From positions 258,788,001 through 258,852,000 of the forward strand of contig OZ024740.1 of NCBI GenBank assembly GCA_964016885.1: a DNA stretch of 64,000 bases, in the 5' to 3' direction. Positions 1 through 14,297 of the stretch are shown one piece after another. The notes under the pieces were generated by a model that saw only the letters and a program-made list of their open reading frames with translations, was not told the origin of the DNA and searched no databases. The position numbers and the translations under genes are program-made. Source of the DNA: Eledone cirrhosa (lineage: Eukaryota). How positions within the stretch are numbered: the stretch's first letter is position 1; the number at the start of each line of letters is the position of its first letter.

Positions 1-1
1 T

Positions 2-1690
2 TACTATTCTTCTATATCACCTATACTCCTGAACAAAGCATTGATATTTGCTAAAAATAGATCTAACTTAACTTTGGATGACATTAATATTATTACACAT
101 GCTAGACTAACACTTATTGAATTTCAGAATGAATACTGGACCAGAAACACATATAGTAATCTATTTGATATTACTATGGGTTCAAGCGATTCCGCCCAAA
201 TTACTGATCTTGTGGGCCTCTTTCTCCTTTTCAACATAAATGCCTCCTTTCCCCACCTTAAAGGTGGTTTATATCGTGATGACTGTCTTCTTCTTTCTAA
301 CAACCTTAGCCTTTCAGAAATAGAAAAAAACAAAAAACATATTAGAACTTTCCTTAAAGACTATTATAATCTTCATATTACTTTTGAAAAAACAAGTAAA
401 GTAGTAAATTTCCTAGATATAACTTTAGATTTAGCTACGGGTATCTACCAACCTTACCATAAACCAAACCAAAACTTACATTACATACACTCACAATCTA
501 ATCACCCTAAATCTATCCTTAAAAACCTTGCATATAATATATCACTTAGAATTTCTAACCTTTCTTCTAACCAAGATGTATTTGATAAAAATGCGACCTT
601 CTATAACGAAGCTCTAGATAGAAGTGGCCACAAAAATAGATTAGAATATATACCTTCTACTAAAAATACTAAAAACATACAACCTAATATTACCAACAAA
701 CACCAAATGAAAAGTACACACCTAAATGCCACCCACACTATACCCCAAAATACCAAATCTTCTAATATAATATATGGTAACTCTCAAAAAACTACTCATC
801 ATACAACTCTAATAAATATTAATAATAAAACTCCTAATAATAAAAAAGATAAAACACCTAAATCTACAAATATAACTAAAAATGGTCGTGGTGAGATCAT
901 TAACATTAATCCTCCTAGTAAACATCACGATACAACCTATAAAAATAATAAAAATAATAAAAATAATAAACAACATAGAAACCGTAATAGACGGGTTACT
1001 TGGTATAATGCTCCATTTAATTTACAAATTAAGGATAATATTGCTAAAAAAATTTTTTATATCCTAGAGAAAAACTTCCCGCCAAACCACAAATACCATC
1101 AAATCTTAAATAGGTCTACAGTTAAATTCTCATACTCAACAACAAATAACATAAAACAAAATATAAGTGCCTATAATGCATATAAATGTAAGAAAACCAT
1201 AAGTATACCACCAATACATCAAACTAACCATAATATCTCCTCAAATACAGAATTAACGAAAGGTTGTAACTGTAGAAACAAAGCAAACTGCCCATTAAAA
1301 GGGAATTGTCTTCTTAACAACATAGTCTATAAATGTAATGTTAAAACTAAAGATTCTATTTGCTCATATATAGGAGCTACTTCTAACAATTTTAAGACAA
1401 GGTTTAATACCCACAAGCATAGTTTTAAAAATGCCGCACTGGCTAATACAACATCTCTAGCAGAAAAAATCAATAGTTATAAAAATAAGAATATAGAATA
1501 TGATTTGACCTGGAGTGTGCTCAAAAGAGCCACCCCTTATCAAAATAATAGAAATGAATGTAGATTATGTTCCCAAGAACTATTTGAAATAATGAAATCT
1601 AAGGATATCCTATTAAATAAACGACAGGAATTAATTATATCGTGTAATCATAAACTAAAAAAAACATTTAAATATTATAAACCTAATTAA
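2..1690 (+). CDS. Penelope-like element ORF (C-terminal RT, N/K/T-rich linker, GIY-YIG endonuclease); runs off the 5' edge of the window
   Basis: Frame open from base 2 (YYSSIS...). RT motifs FDITMGSSDSAQ and GLYRDD, VNFLDITLDL, linker CNCRNKANCPLKGNC, GIY-YIG NIVYKC...SYIGAT..FKTRFNTH, CRLC..E. No stops. Confidence 0.93.
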   Translation, partial: YYSSISPILLNKALIFAKNRSNLTLDDINIITHARLTLIEFQNEYWTRNTYSNLFDITMGSSDSAQITDLVGLFLLFNINASFPHLKGGLYRDDCLLLSNNLSLSEIEKNKKHIRTFLKDYYNLHITFEKTSKVVNFLDITLDLATGIYQPYHKPNQNLHYIHSQSNHPKSILKNLAYNISLRISNLSSNQDVFDKNATFYNEALDRSGHKNRLEYIPSTKNTKNIQPNITNKHQMKSTHLNATHTIPQNTKSSNIIYGNSQKTTHHTTLININNKTPNNKKDKTPKSTNITKNGRGEIININPPSKHHDTTYKNNKNNKNNKQHRNRNRRVTWYNAPFNLQIKDNIAKKIFYILEKNFPPNHKYHQILNRSTVKFSYSTTNNIKQNISAYNAYKCKKTISIPPIHQTNHNISSNTELTKGCNCRNKANCPLKGNCLLNNIVYKCNVKTKDSICSYIGATSNNFKTRFNTHKHSFKNAALANTTSLAEKINSYKNKNIEYDLTWSVLKRATPYQNNRNECRLCSQELFEIMKSKDILLNKRQELIISCNHKLKKTFKYYKPN

Positions 1691-2600
1691 TAACATTATT
1701 TTAGAAATTAATATATAATTTAATTTAAATGTTAATTAACCTATAAATTTAGTTTAATTAAAATTCTACTACAGATGAGAATATAAAATATTGTGTAATC
1801 ATAAATTGTGAAAAACCTTTAAATATTACTAATATATACTTAGTAATTTAATTTATAGATTAATTTTAATTTATTTAACCTTTTATTAAAATTCCTTTAC
1901 AGATAAAATATAACAAAATATCGTGTATTCAATGACAGAGAAATAATTTTTAGTATTATAGACCTAATTAATATACATTTTAGAAATATATTTATAATTT
2001 GGTTTTAAATTTAGTCAACCTAAAAATTTAATTTAATTGGCTTAAAATTAGTATCCTAATACAGACGGATTGCAGAATGTCATGTAATCATAGAATGGGA
2101 TGTGTTTTGGATGTATACCTAGTTAATATATTCTTTGCAATTCTTGAAAAAATATGTATATGTATGTATGTATATGTATGTGTATGTATGTATATATATG
2201 TGTATATATATATATGTATATATATGTATATGTATATGTATTAATTTTGATTTCTGTTTACATATAATTATATTCTGCTATTGATAAAATACAATATCTG
2301 TTTTATTTATTATATACATAATTAACATATACTATAGAAATTAATATATCATTTTTAATTTAGTTAACCTATAATTTATATTCTACTACCGATGTAATAC
2401 TTTATTTGTTTTTTCCCTATTACTAAATTCATTTCCTAATATTGATACCATAACGTTAATAACTTTAATTTAGTTATACTATAATCAATACTCTACTACT
2501 ATTTAACTTCAAAATTCTGCTTCAAATATTATAAACCTAACTAATTTACACCTTAGAAATCAATATGTTAACTATCTTTAGTTTAGTTAACCCATAATTA
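1638..2600 (+). repeat. Degenerate ~140-150 bp tandem repeat starting in the last codons of the PLE ORF
   Basis: Recurring motifs (t)cgtgtaatcata, aaatattataaacctaattaata, tagaaattaatat, ttaacctataa and ttctactacagat near 1640, 1790, 1920, 2080, 2330 and 2525. Confidence 0.6.
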
Positions 2601-2789
2601 ATGGTATACTTATATTGAAATGCATAATTTTGCCTTATCTCTTGCATTTCCTAACACTGAAACTATGTAAAAACATATATTGAGATCCAAATACAGATTA
2701 ATATTCTATGTTTCTTGAAACATATATTTACTATAATCCCCTTCTTCCCCCCCCCTTTCCCCCATACTATTATTATCTGTATTTGTAAG

Positions 2790-5150
<2,361 letters not shown>

Positions 5151-5249
5151 CAAACTGCATAAAATTTTTTGTATTTTCATTGGTCAATTTGAACTCCGTT
5201 CCCAAACGGACCTGAAATTTTGAATTGTTGTTATTATCAATAAATATAT

Positions 5250-5404
5250 TTCATTATTTCTGAAGACGGCATATATGTGTGTTTGGTATGTATATTTAAT
5301 CTTGATAGTTTGTATAATTTTGTATAATTTTGTACATAGATCTGTTGAATATGCATGCCAATTCTAACACATATATATCCTAGAAACGATCGTTAAATAA
5401 TGAA
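5250..5404 (+). ncRNA. Type I hammerhead ribozyme motif with very long stem II (PLE 3' region)
   Basis: Stem I ttcattattt/aaataatgaa (10 bp); CTGAAGA 5260-5266; ~116 nt stem II (atatatgtgtgtt...aacacatatatat); GAAA 5383-5386; palindromic stem III cgatcg; GTT triplet. Confidence 0.75.
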
Positions 5405-5836
5405 CTTTTTTTGTTTAATATAAGGAACTGTTTCATTGTTTTATTCATTATTTTTTTAATATTTTATCTTGACTCTGTATTCCGTTTATCTTTCACCGAA
5501 AGTGATTTTTCATTGCATCTCTTCTTTCCATGATATCCGGACTGCATTGAGTTCTTCATACGGATTGGACACTACCGTAAACTCTTGGTAGATTTATCTA
5601 CATAAATATATATTAACACATTTTTGACAGCGATACATGCCCCAGCTAACAGGACAGACACGCGTGGTAAGTAATACACACAAAAGCACATATACATACG
5701 TACGAAATAGTAAACACATACACACACTCTCACACATAAATATACATATACAAATACATAAACACGTACATACACATACATACACAAACACGTACACGTA
5801 TACAATATAAACACACACATGTATATGTAATTATAT

Positions 5837-5924
<88 letters not shown>

Positions 5925-6307
5925 ACATACAAAAATATAAAAACATACACACATATACATACATAGCTGAACAATTATACACATGCAAATACGTATATAT
6001 CAAAAGAACGCACAACCAAATACAAACACACACACATACACACACACACACCCACACACAAACCCACACATACATACACATACATATACACATATACATA
6101 TATACATATACATACATATATATACACATATATATATATAAATATATATATATATACACACATACACGTACACATACACACATGCATACACATACACACA
6201 CACATATACATGTGTGTATGTGTAAAGCTCAGTATTAGATAAGACAAATAAACCTTACATAAGCGTATATATAGTAGTAAAGTAATAAAGCCATACAAGG
6301 CAATTAA

Positions 6308-6366
6308 TCCATTCACCAGAGGTTTCTTAAAAGCAAGAAAAGTTTCCTTCAATCTTCAGAATGAAA
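6308..6366 (-). ncRNA. Hammerhead motif, probably inactive (GTG at the cleavage triplet)
   Basis: Reverse complement reads ttcatt-CTGAAGA-ttgaag...cttttaa-GAAA-cctctgg-TG-aatgg. Homologous to 7398-7455. Confidence 0.6.
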
Positions 6367-6997
6367 AAAGGCCTGGTTTATCCACATATACATACATATA
6401 CACACACAAAAATATACAAATATATACACACATACAGACACGCACACACACATATATATATATATATACACATACACATATATACAGACATATATACATA
6501 TATATACATATACATATACATATATATACATACACAGATATATATATATATACATACACAAACATATACGTAAACATATACATACGTACACATATACGTA
6601 TATACACACAAAAATACATACACATAGGTATGTGAAGGGCAAAACAAAAAGAATATATGGGGGGGGGGCCTAAGAGGAGGTAAAAATATAAGGGGAGGTA
6701 AGGGAGAAAAAAATTTTAAATATACAAGAGTACAGAAGGTAGAAGCAGCAAAATAAAAACCGTAGCAAAAGTAAAGAGCAGAGAAGGAGGGGCATGTATC
6801 GCTGTCAAAAATTTGTTAATATATATTTATATATTTTTTTCTTATATTTATTTGCGTGTGTTAATATGTAGTGGAGTGCATTCATGTATGTGTATGTATG
6901 TACGTTGTATGTTTGTGTGAATGTATGTATGTGTGTGTATATATATATGTGTGTGTGTATGTGTATGCTTGTACACACACATGTGTGTATATGTGTA

Positions 6998-7044
<47 letters not shown>

Positions 7045-7397
7045 GTATATGTGGATATGTATATGTGTATATATATGTGTGTGTGTGTATGTGTGTGTGT
7101 GTGTGTGTGTATGTATGAATATATGTATGTGTATGTGTGTGTATATATGTGTATGTGTGTGTAGGTGTACGCTCTTTATATATATATATATATGTGTATT
7201 TGTATGTGTGTATGCGTGCATTTATATATATGTGTATATATGTATGTGTGTGTAAGTATGCTTTTGTGTTTTTTTGTGTGTGTTTGCATGTGTAGTTTTA
7301 TTTTATTTTTCCTTTCCTTCTCCCTTTTCCAGCCTCACTTTCATATAGATTGCATTTTTGTTTTTAGAATCCATATTCAATAAACAAACCAGGATTT

Positions 7398-7455
7398 TTC
7401 ATTCTGAGGATTGAAAGCAAAACCTTTTGCTTTTAAGAAACCACTGGTAAATGGA
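7398..7455 (+). ncRNA. Type I hammerhead ribozyme, canonical core
   Basis: ttcatt-CTGAGGA-ttgaaagcaaaa cc ttttgcttttaa-GAAA-cca c tgg-TA-aatgga; all three stems pair. Confidence 0.85.
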
Positions 7456-7558
7456 ATAATTGCCTTATGTTGTTTATTACATAATAATAATAATTAAGCT
7501 CTGTTGCATACATAGAGCACTCTTTTTTCCTGGACTTTTCCGATGGAATTACTTCATT

Positions 7559-7611
<53 letters not shown>

Positions 7612-7985
7612 ACAATAATAAATTTGAAGACTGAAATCCAAAGCGGTCTCGATAAGTTTGAATATATATCAAATATATAAGAACCCTATTACCACGCTAA
7701 AAATTCTGATTTAGTCTAGATATAGCCGTCGAAACGGAAGGAAATCTGCCGTCGGGGTTATACATTTTCCTATTGCCCACTCTGCTACCCTAAGTATTGA
7801 GTCCTCTGGTGTGTTATGGTCCATATGGTCCCTTACCACACTTACTTCTTTATATATATGTATCATTTCTGATTTTTGCGTTTCGCTTCGCTTTTCCTGC
7901 CCGCCGAAATGCGATTGTCGCTGAATCTTTATTTGTATATATACATATATATATATACATATATATATATACATATATGTATATA

Positions 7986-8027
<42 letters not shown>

Positions 8028-8168
8028 CATAATACATTATGAAGAGAGAAGAAACATTTAGATATAATTAGTAATAAAATGTATCATACCTAAACTGTTC
8101 CTAAATTCCTCGACTACGTAGTTTCGTGGCATAAACAAAAACAATATATCAAAGATATAGAGTCCTTG

Positions 8169-8247
<79 letters not shown>

Positions 8248-8329
8248 GATAAGCAGAACAAGCAAAATTCAACCAATTTTTTTTTAAATCCAGGGGTACT
8301 TAGTACCCACGGGCATATTAACTTCTATA

Positions 8330-8463
<134 letters not shown>

Positions 8464-8532
8464 TATATACATATATATACATATATATACATATATATAT
8501 ACATATATACATATATATAATAATATATATAC

Positions 8533-8673
<141 letters not shown>

Positions 8674-8700
8674 TATATATTTATATATATATATACACAT

Positions 8701-10598
8701 ATATTGTTATACTTGGGGAGGGTCATATTTGTGTAATATTGCCAGAATTAATAACAGAACACACTCACTGCTTGGTTGGTTTTCGCTTCTGTGTCTTTTA
8801 TATCGGTTAATTTAATTTGAGTGAGCAGCCATTGACGTCAGCATAGCTGGTGACGTTGCCAACCTTTTTATGGTATGGTGGGAAAGGAGAGTTAAAGATC
8901 TCCTTGATGAGAGTTCCATAGACCTCATCATGTACTCTCGTTACGTAGACGATATCAATATAGTAGTAAGAACGTCCCCACAAGAGAGCACTAACAAGTT
9001 TGATTTAGAACGTAGCACAATGGAAAGCATCCAGCAGATAGCTAATTCCATACACCAGAGTATAACTGTAACTATCGACTACCCTTCCAAACACCCTAAC
9101 AATAGACTACCTGTATTAGACACGGAACTCTGGATTAACACTATAGACGAGAGAGCCCAAATTCTCCACTCACACTATGTTAAACCCATGGCTTCCAAAT
9201 ACCTGATACTCAAAAACTCAGCAATGTCCAGTAGTGCTAAGTTTTTGATTCTGATCGCAGACTTGGTACGAGTGATGAAGAACGTGTCCCGCATGTGCGA
9301 CCCAACCAAAATGGAAAGACACATCCAACACTTCATCAACCGCATGCAGTTCTCTGGCTACAACCAAGGAAACAGAATTAGAGTATATGAAGGAGCCACG
9401 GAGAAGTATAAGACCCTCATAGAACTGGACATGAAAGGAATTTGCCCATTATAAAGGAGCAAATCATGGAATAGCTTAGATAGGGCTAGACATATGATAG
9501 GAAAAACCACCTCATGGTACGACAACCAGAGATACCAGAGTGTCATGTTTGTGGACGCTACCCCTGGAGGGAAATTAACTAACCAGTGTAGAAAGGCCCC
9601 GAGGAAGACCCACTTAAAGATTAAGGTGGTAGAAAAGCCTGGAACCACCATAAAATCCCTGATCAGCAAAACATACCTTTTTAAGAAAACCCACTGTTCT
9701 AATAGGAAATGTATCATATGTAAAGTAAACCCCCGGATAAACTGTAAAACTAGAAACGTAGTCTATAGCAGAAGATGTACAGAAAGTACTTGCAGAAACA
9801 TGACAACAACATACATAGACGAGACAGCTCGTAGCATAGGTGAAAAGATAGACCAACACTGGGGGAACTAAAAGGACGAAAAAACGGTTCAGTACTATAC
9901 GAACATGCCAGACAACAACCCCACGGTAACATAGACAACATAGAAATTAGAATAATATCTAAACATAGAAATGACCCAGCAGATAGGCAAATCAGAGAGG
10001 CCAGTGAAATAGAACTTAGAAGGCCAAGGCTAAACAGAAAAAATGAATGGAATAACAACAACACCCAAACAAACAACACTGACCTAAGAGAAGTATAAAT
10101 AAATAAATAGATAAATAAATAAATACATACACAAGCACAATAACAACAAACACACATAAACACACACTAGTAATGATAGAATACATTAACCAATACACAG
10201 TCAATCAATCACGAACACACATCAAACAAAACACTATACACACACACAAACGCATGCTCAAAGAAGACAAAAAAATAAACAAATAAATAAATATATAAAC
10301 AGACTAAATAAAGATGGCGTAGAAACTATAATGCAACGGGAGGAAACAATAGAACCACTGACGATGTTGCAGATGTGCAACGAAAGAACTTTGATAGACT
10401 ATATGTGTTTGTGTCTATACTGTATCTGTATTTTTGACAGTTGGTCAGTCAATGGCAACATTGAGGACCAAATAAATTAAATTAACCGATATAAAAGACA
10501 CAGAAGCGAAAAGCGAAAACCAACCAAACAGTGAGTGTGTTCTGTTATTAATTCTGGCAATATTACACAAATATGACCCTCCCCAAGTATAACAATAT
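8701..10598 (+). mobile_element. 5'-truncated Penelope-like element with an inverted copy of its 3' tail at the 5' end
   Basis: RT YSRYVDD and LPVLDTELW (8870-9454); degenerate GIY-YIG (C..C...C...NVVY...C...YIDETARS, 9494-10050); 8701-8818 is the reverse complement of 10474-10598; left side abuts (TA)n. Confidence 0.88.
10353..10400 (+). ncRNA. Hammerhead-like core in the PLE 3' UTR (stems I and III poorly resolved)
   Basis: CTGACGA-t-gttgca gatg tgcaac-GAAA; perfect stem II, but the downstream pairing is unclear. Confidence 0.45.
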
Positions 10599-10658
10599 TT
10601 GTTTCCACACAGGATTTCTTTAATTTCAAAGAAAAAATAATTTCTTTAATTTCAAAGA

Positions 10659-10986
10659 AATTAAAGAAATTATTTAGCCTGATAGTGGGGTTAAAAACCC
10701 TCGGAGAATATGGAAAAACATGAGTATTGACGTACATGGGAGTCGAACCCACACCTTTGGTTATCCGGACCACTGTGCTACCATTTACTTGACATTACAG
10801 TCGCTAAGTTTATAGCTTCTAATTTGAATGGAAAAAGACGGGTGATGTGTTGGTGTAAATGGTAGCATAGTGGTCCGGATAACCAAAGATGTGGGTTCGA
10901 CTCCCATGTACGTCAATACTCATCTTTTTCCATTTTCTCCGAGGGCTCTTAACCCCACTATCAGGCTAAATAATTTCTTTAATTTT
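10659..10986. repeat. Fold-back (inverted repeat, ~130 bp arms) containing a tRNA-like sequence
   Basis: 10659-10788 is a near reverse complement of 10855-10986. Confidence 0.9.
10844..10915 (+). tRNA. tRNA-like cloverleaf (pseudo-tRNA or SINE head); anticodon ambiguous, GGA if read literally
   Basis: Acceptor gatgtgt/gtacgtc; D arm gtgt aaatggta gcat; anticodon arm gtggt ccggata accaa; T arm gtggg ttcgact cccat; A and B boxes; TTTTT about 10 nt downstream. C at position 33 and a short variable loop do not fit a real Ser tRNA. Confidence 0.55.
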
Positions 10987-11133
10987 TTTTTTCCTTTCTT
11001 TTTTCTCTGTCTCTCTTTTCTGGGTTAGAAAAATGATTAAAATGAAATGTTTTACTTTGTGTAAAGTGTTAAGGTATTAGTTGATTTATTTATTATTTAA
11101 CAATGACATTTATTTATCTATTTATATATTTAA

Positions 11134-11182
11134 TTATCGTCTATTACCGGTTTCAGCATTGATTTGCATTATCAAATGATAG
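11134..11182 (-). ncRNA. Possible hammerhead with U3-A8 core (TTGATAA)
   Basis: Reverse complement reads ctatcat-TTGATAA-t gca aatcaa tgc t-GAAA-ccgg-TA-atagacgata; stem I bulged. Confidence 0.4.
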
Positions 11183-11749
11183 TGAAATGTATTAGTGTGG
11201 TGTCGCACATGTTAAACAGAAGGTGCAGAAAGAATAATGTTATATACAAACAAGGTTTAAGAAGTGAAAAGAAAAAGGAAAAAGGAAAAAAAATATATAT
11301 ATATATATATATATGTATGTAATTATATTTTCTATGTTTTTAAATATACCTACCGTATTCTTATATCCATGATTCAAATATAGAGCAATTATCCAAATTA
11401 TAAATTATTATAAACATTATTTTGAACTATGAATTATCCATGCATTTATTATTGTTTTTCTTATATATATATATATATATATTTAGCTTTAACACGTAGA
11501 ACTTTATTAGATAAAATTATCCCCGTTTTCATTTACCTAAAGTATACTGTATCACTAATACATAATATATATCTATATATAACTCCCTGTATCTTTCTAT
11601 ACATAATTTCCAGTTAACTTCTAAAATTCTTGATTGTTTTTACTTTGAGCTAAGAATAATTAATACATTTACACCCGATTATATATAGGTATATATTTAA
11701 CTTTAACATGCCTCAATCTATTATTTTATTTTTATTTTCGTTATCATTT

Positions 11750-12505
11750 ACCTAAAATATACTGGCTCATTAATTAATATATATCTTTATACATAATCGT
11801 TATTTAAATATTTCTAACAATAAGTACTTCAAAAGCTTTACATACCTAATACGTTGACAATGATTAACTTCATTAAAGATTACATTTAAGAAAATATTCA
11901 ACAGTGTAAACTTTCCTTACTGATAGCCAGCTAAATCCTTTAAATGTTATCCTCAAAAAATTCAGAAGATTAGAAATGTTAACACACTTATAAAATTTAC
12001 AAAACTAATATATAATTAACCACTAATTTAAAAAAAAAACTAAAATCTTGATTATTCACCCTAAGATAACATAAATTAAAAATTTTCAAATTTAACCGTT
12101 TAACTTTCGGGAAAAAAATCTCCTTCTGCATACATTACTCCTCATCTTTCCCTTTCTTTTCCAGTGGCTCTCACTGACTGCTATGATTCATGAAATGCTT
12201 TCCTAGATAAATTGTAGTATCATACATATTAAAATCTCGATAACTGGTACATTAAGCAATGTTTTTCTTACTCACACATTCTCTATTGAATTTATTACGT
12301 TTTCGCATTTTCTCATTATTAGGGTATAAATGTTAAATTTTCTCTTAGGTTAATCACTACCTTGATAAAATCTTAACCATTTAACATCTCAGGGTATGTC
12401 ATGTATCATTATATTTTGTCTGATGAGGACGTACTGTTGTACATCCGAAATATGTATAATAAAATGTAATTGATCAAAAGAACATCTATTTTATTAATAT
12501 TTATA
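11750..12505 (+). mobile_element. Degenerate PLE 3' end, same family as 45990-47215
   Basis: Shares taatcactaccttgat...agggtatgtcatgtatcatt and the HHR with 46660-47210. Confidence 0.65.
12408..12470 (+). ncRNA. Type I hammerhead ribozyme, canonical core
   Basis: attatattttgt-CTGATGA-ggacgtac tgtt gtacatcc-GAAA-tatgta-TA-ataaaatgtaat. Confidence 0.85.
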
Positions 12506-12554
12506 TTCAGCTCTGCTGATGATGAATTCCAACCGTTACCATCTCCGCTGAAAG

Positions 12555-12836
12555 TTTTCATGAAATAGTCTTACGACTATACAGAGCATTTGAAGTTTTT
12601 CCAAATTGAAGGATAGGTATCTTGAACTTTATTTTATCATGAGTTAAGGCTCTATTGATTTTTCCCTGGATTTCACTAAATTCTGTGGATGAATTTATAT
12701 CCTGATTCTCTTTGAGATGAGGTTAAATTATTTTTCCCACATCTTACGTTAACTATTTTTCCCATTTTGACGCTATAGTCACTTATATACTATGGAATGC
12801 TGTTCGCTTTTCGCTGCAGTGTTTTCTATACCTTTC

Positions 12837-12884
<48 letters not shown>

Positions 12885-13160
12885 GAAAATAGAGAAATTA
12901 ATGTAAGCAAGAAGCCGACAGTAATGCAGACATAAATGAAAATAACATCAAGATGAAAAATATTTAACGTAAGATATGGGAAAATAAATCAATCTTAATT
13001 CAAAACAAGTCAAGAAGAAAAATGTTTTCCTCAGACTTTGTGTAATCCGGGGAAAAAACTAATAGAATCTTAACTCAAAATAAAATCAAGATGAGATACT
13101 TATCCGTAAATTTAGGAAAATCTACAAATGCCCTTTATAGTCTTAAAAAGACTATTTCAG
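12555..13160. repeat. Diverged inverted repeat centred on (TA)n at 12840-12880
   Basis: Arms match imperfectly, e.g. tttcccacatcttacgttaa versus ttaacgtaagatatgggaaa, and gaaatagtctt versus aagactatttc. Confidence 0.75.
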
Positions 13161-13235
13161 TGGGGTTAGTCACGTGTGGGATCGTACCTCAGTAGTGCTC
13201 ATTACGTTAACTAAGCTCACTGCTAAAATATACCA

Positions 13236-14122
13236 GAGATGAAATAGAAAATGCAAGCAGAGCCTTTTTTTCTAAAAAATATATATTTATTTGGTTCCTT
13301 TACCCGTTTCGCAATTCTTCTGCTTTTCAAAAGTAGAATTGAGATGGAGGGTTTGTGGATTTTCTCACAGTTGGTTGGTGTTTGAATGTTACTTCTGTTT
13401 TCTATGGAAATAGGTGACTCGAAATGCTAGGTTTTTAGAGAAGTAATTTGGTTGGTTGGTGAATAAGAGTTCGCGTTACAAAGTTCTTATTATATTTGCC
13501 TTCAAAAAGGGGGCTCAGGTTGTTTTTTCATATATGAGTGAAGTTTGTTTGGCACAAAATTCTCTAAATGACTACAAAAAAATTCCAAAATACGGGCGCA
13601 AAATTTAATGTACTTGTTCACGCACGTGACAGTCATAATTTAATTTATAACCAATCAAATTACATTTTTTTAAAAAAGCCTTCGTGAGGCACCTTTTCTT
13701 AAGTAAAAAGGAATTCAAACTCAAACTGGCGCGAAAACTGATGTGCTTATTCACGTGACTACATCAACCAACCAAAATTTACTCATATATGAAAAAACAA
13801 GCTGAGCCCCCCCCCCCCCCCCCCCCCCCCCCTTTTTTTAAAGGAAAATATAATAAGAACTTTGTAACGCGAACTGGCGCGAAATTTATTATACTTATTC
13901 ACCAACCAACCAAATTACTTCTCTAAAAACAGCATTTCGAGCTACTTTTTTACATATAAAACAGAAGTAACATTCAAACACCAACCATATGTGAGAAAAA
14001 CCACAAACCCTCCATCTCAATTCTACTTTTGAAAAGCAGAAGAAGTGCGAAACCGGTAAATGAACCAAATAAATATATATTTTTATAAAAAAAGACTCCA
14101 GTTGCATTTTCGATTTCATCTT
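13236..14122. repeat. Fold-back element, ~320 bp arms
   Basis: 13236-13552 is a near reverse complement of 13767-14122; the spacer has an internal direct repeat (ggcgc.aaa...tcacg..tgac). Confidence 0.9.
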
Positions 14123-14297
14123 TTTTCCCTATACTTTCAAGAGGACACCTCGTTTTTTATCATTTTGTAAAAAAAACCTCACTTTCTAATATATATATAT
14201 ATATATTAGAATAATAATAAATTTGAAAACTGAAATCCAAAGAGGGTTCGATAAGGATAAATATATATCAAATATATAAGAAACCTACAGCAAATAT

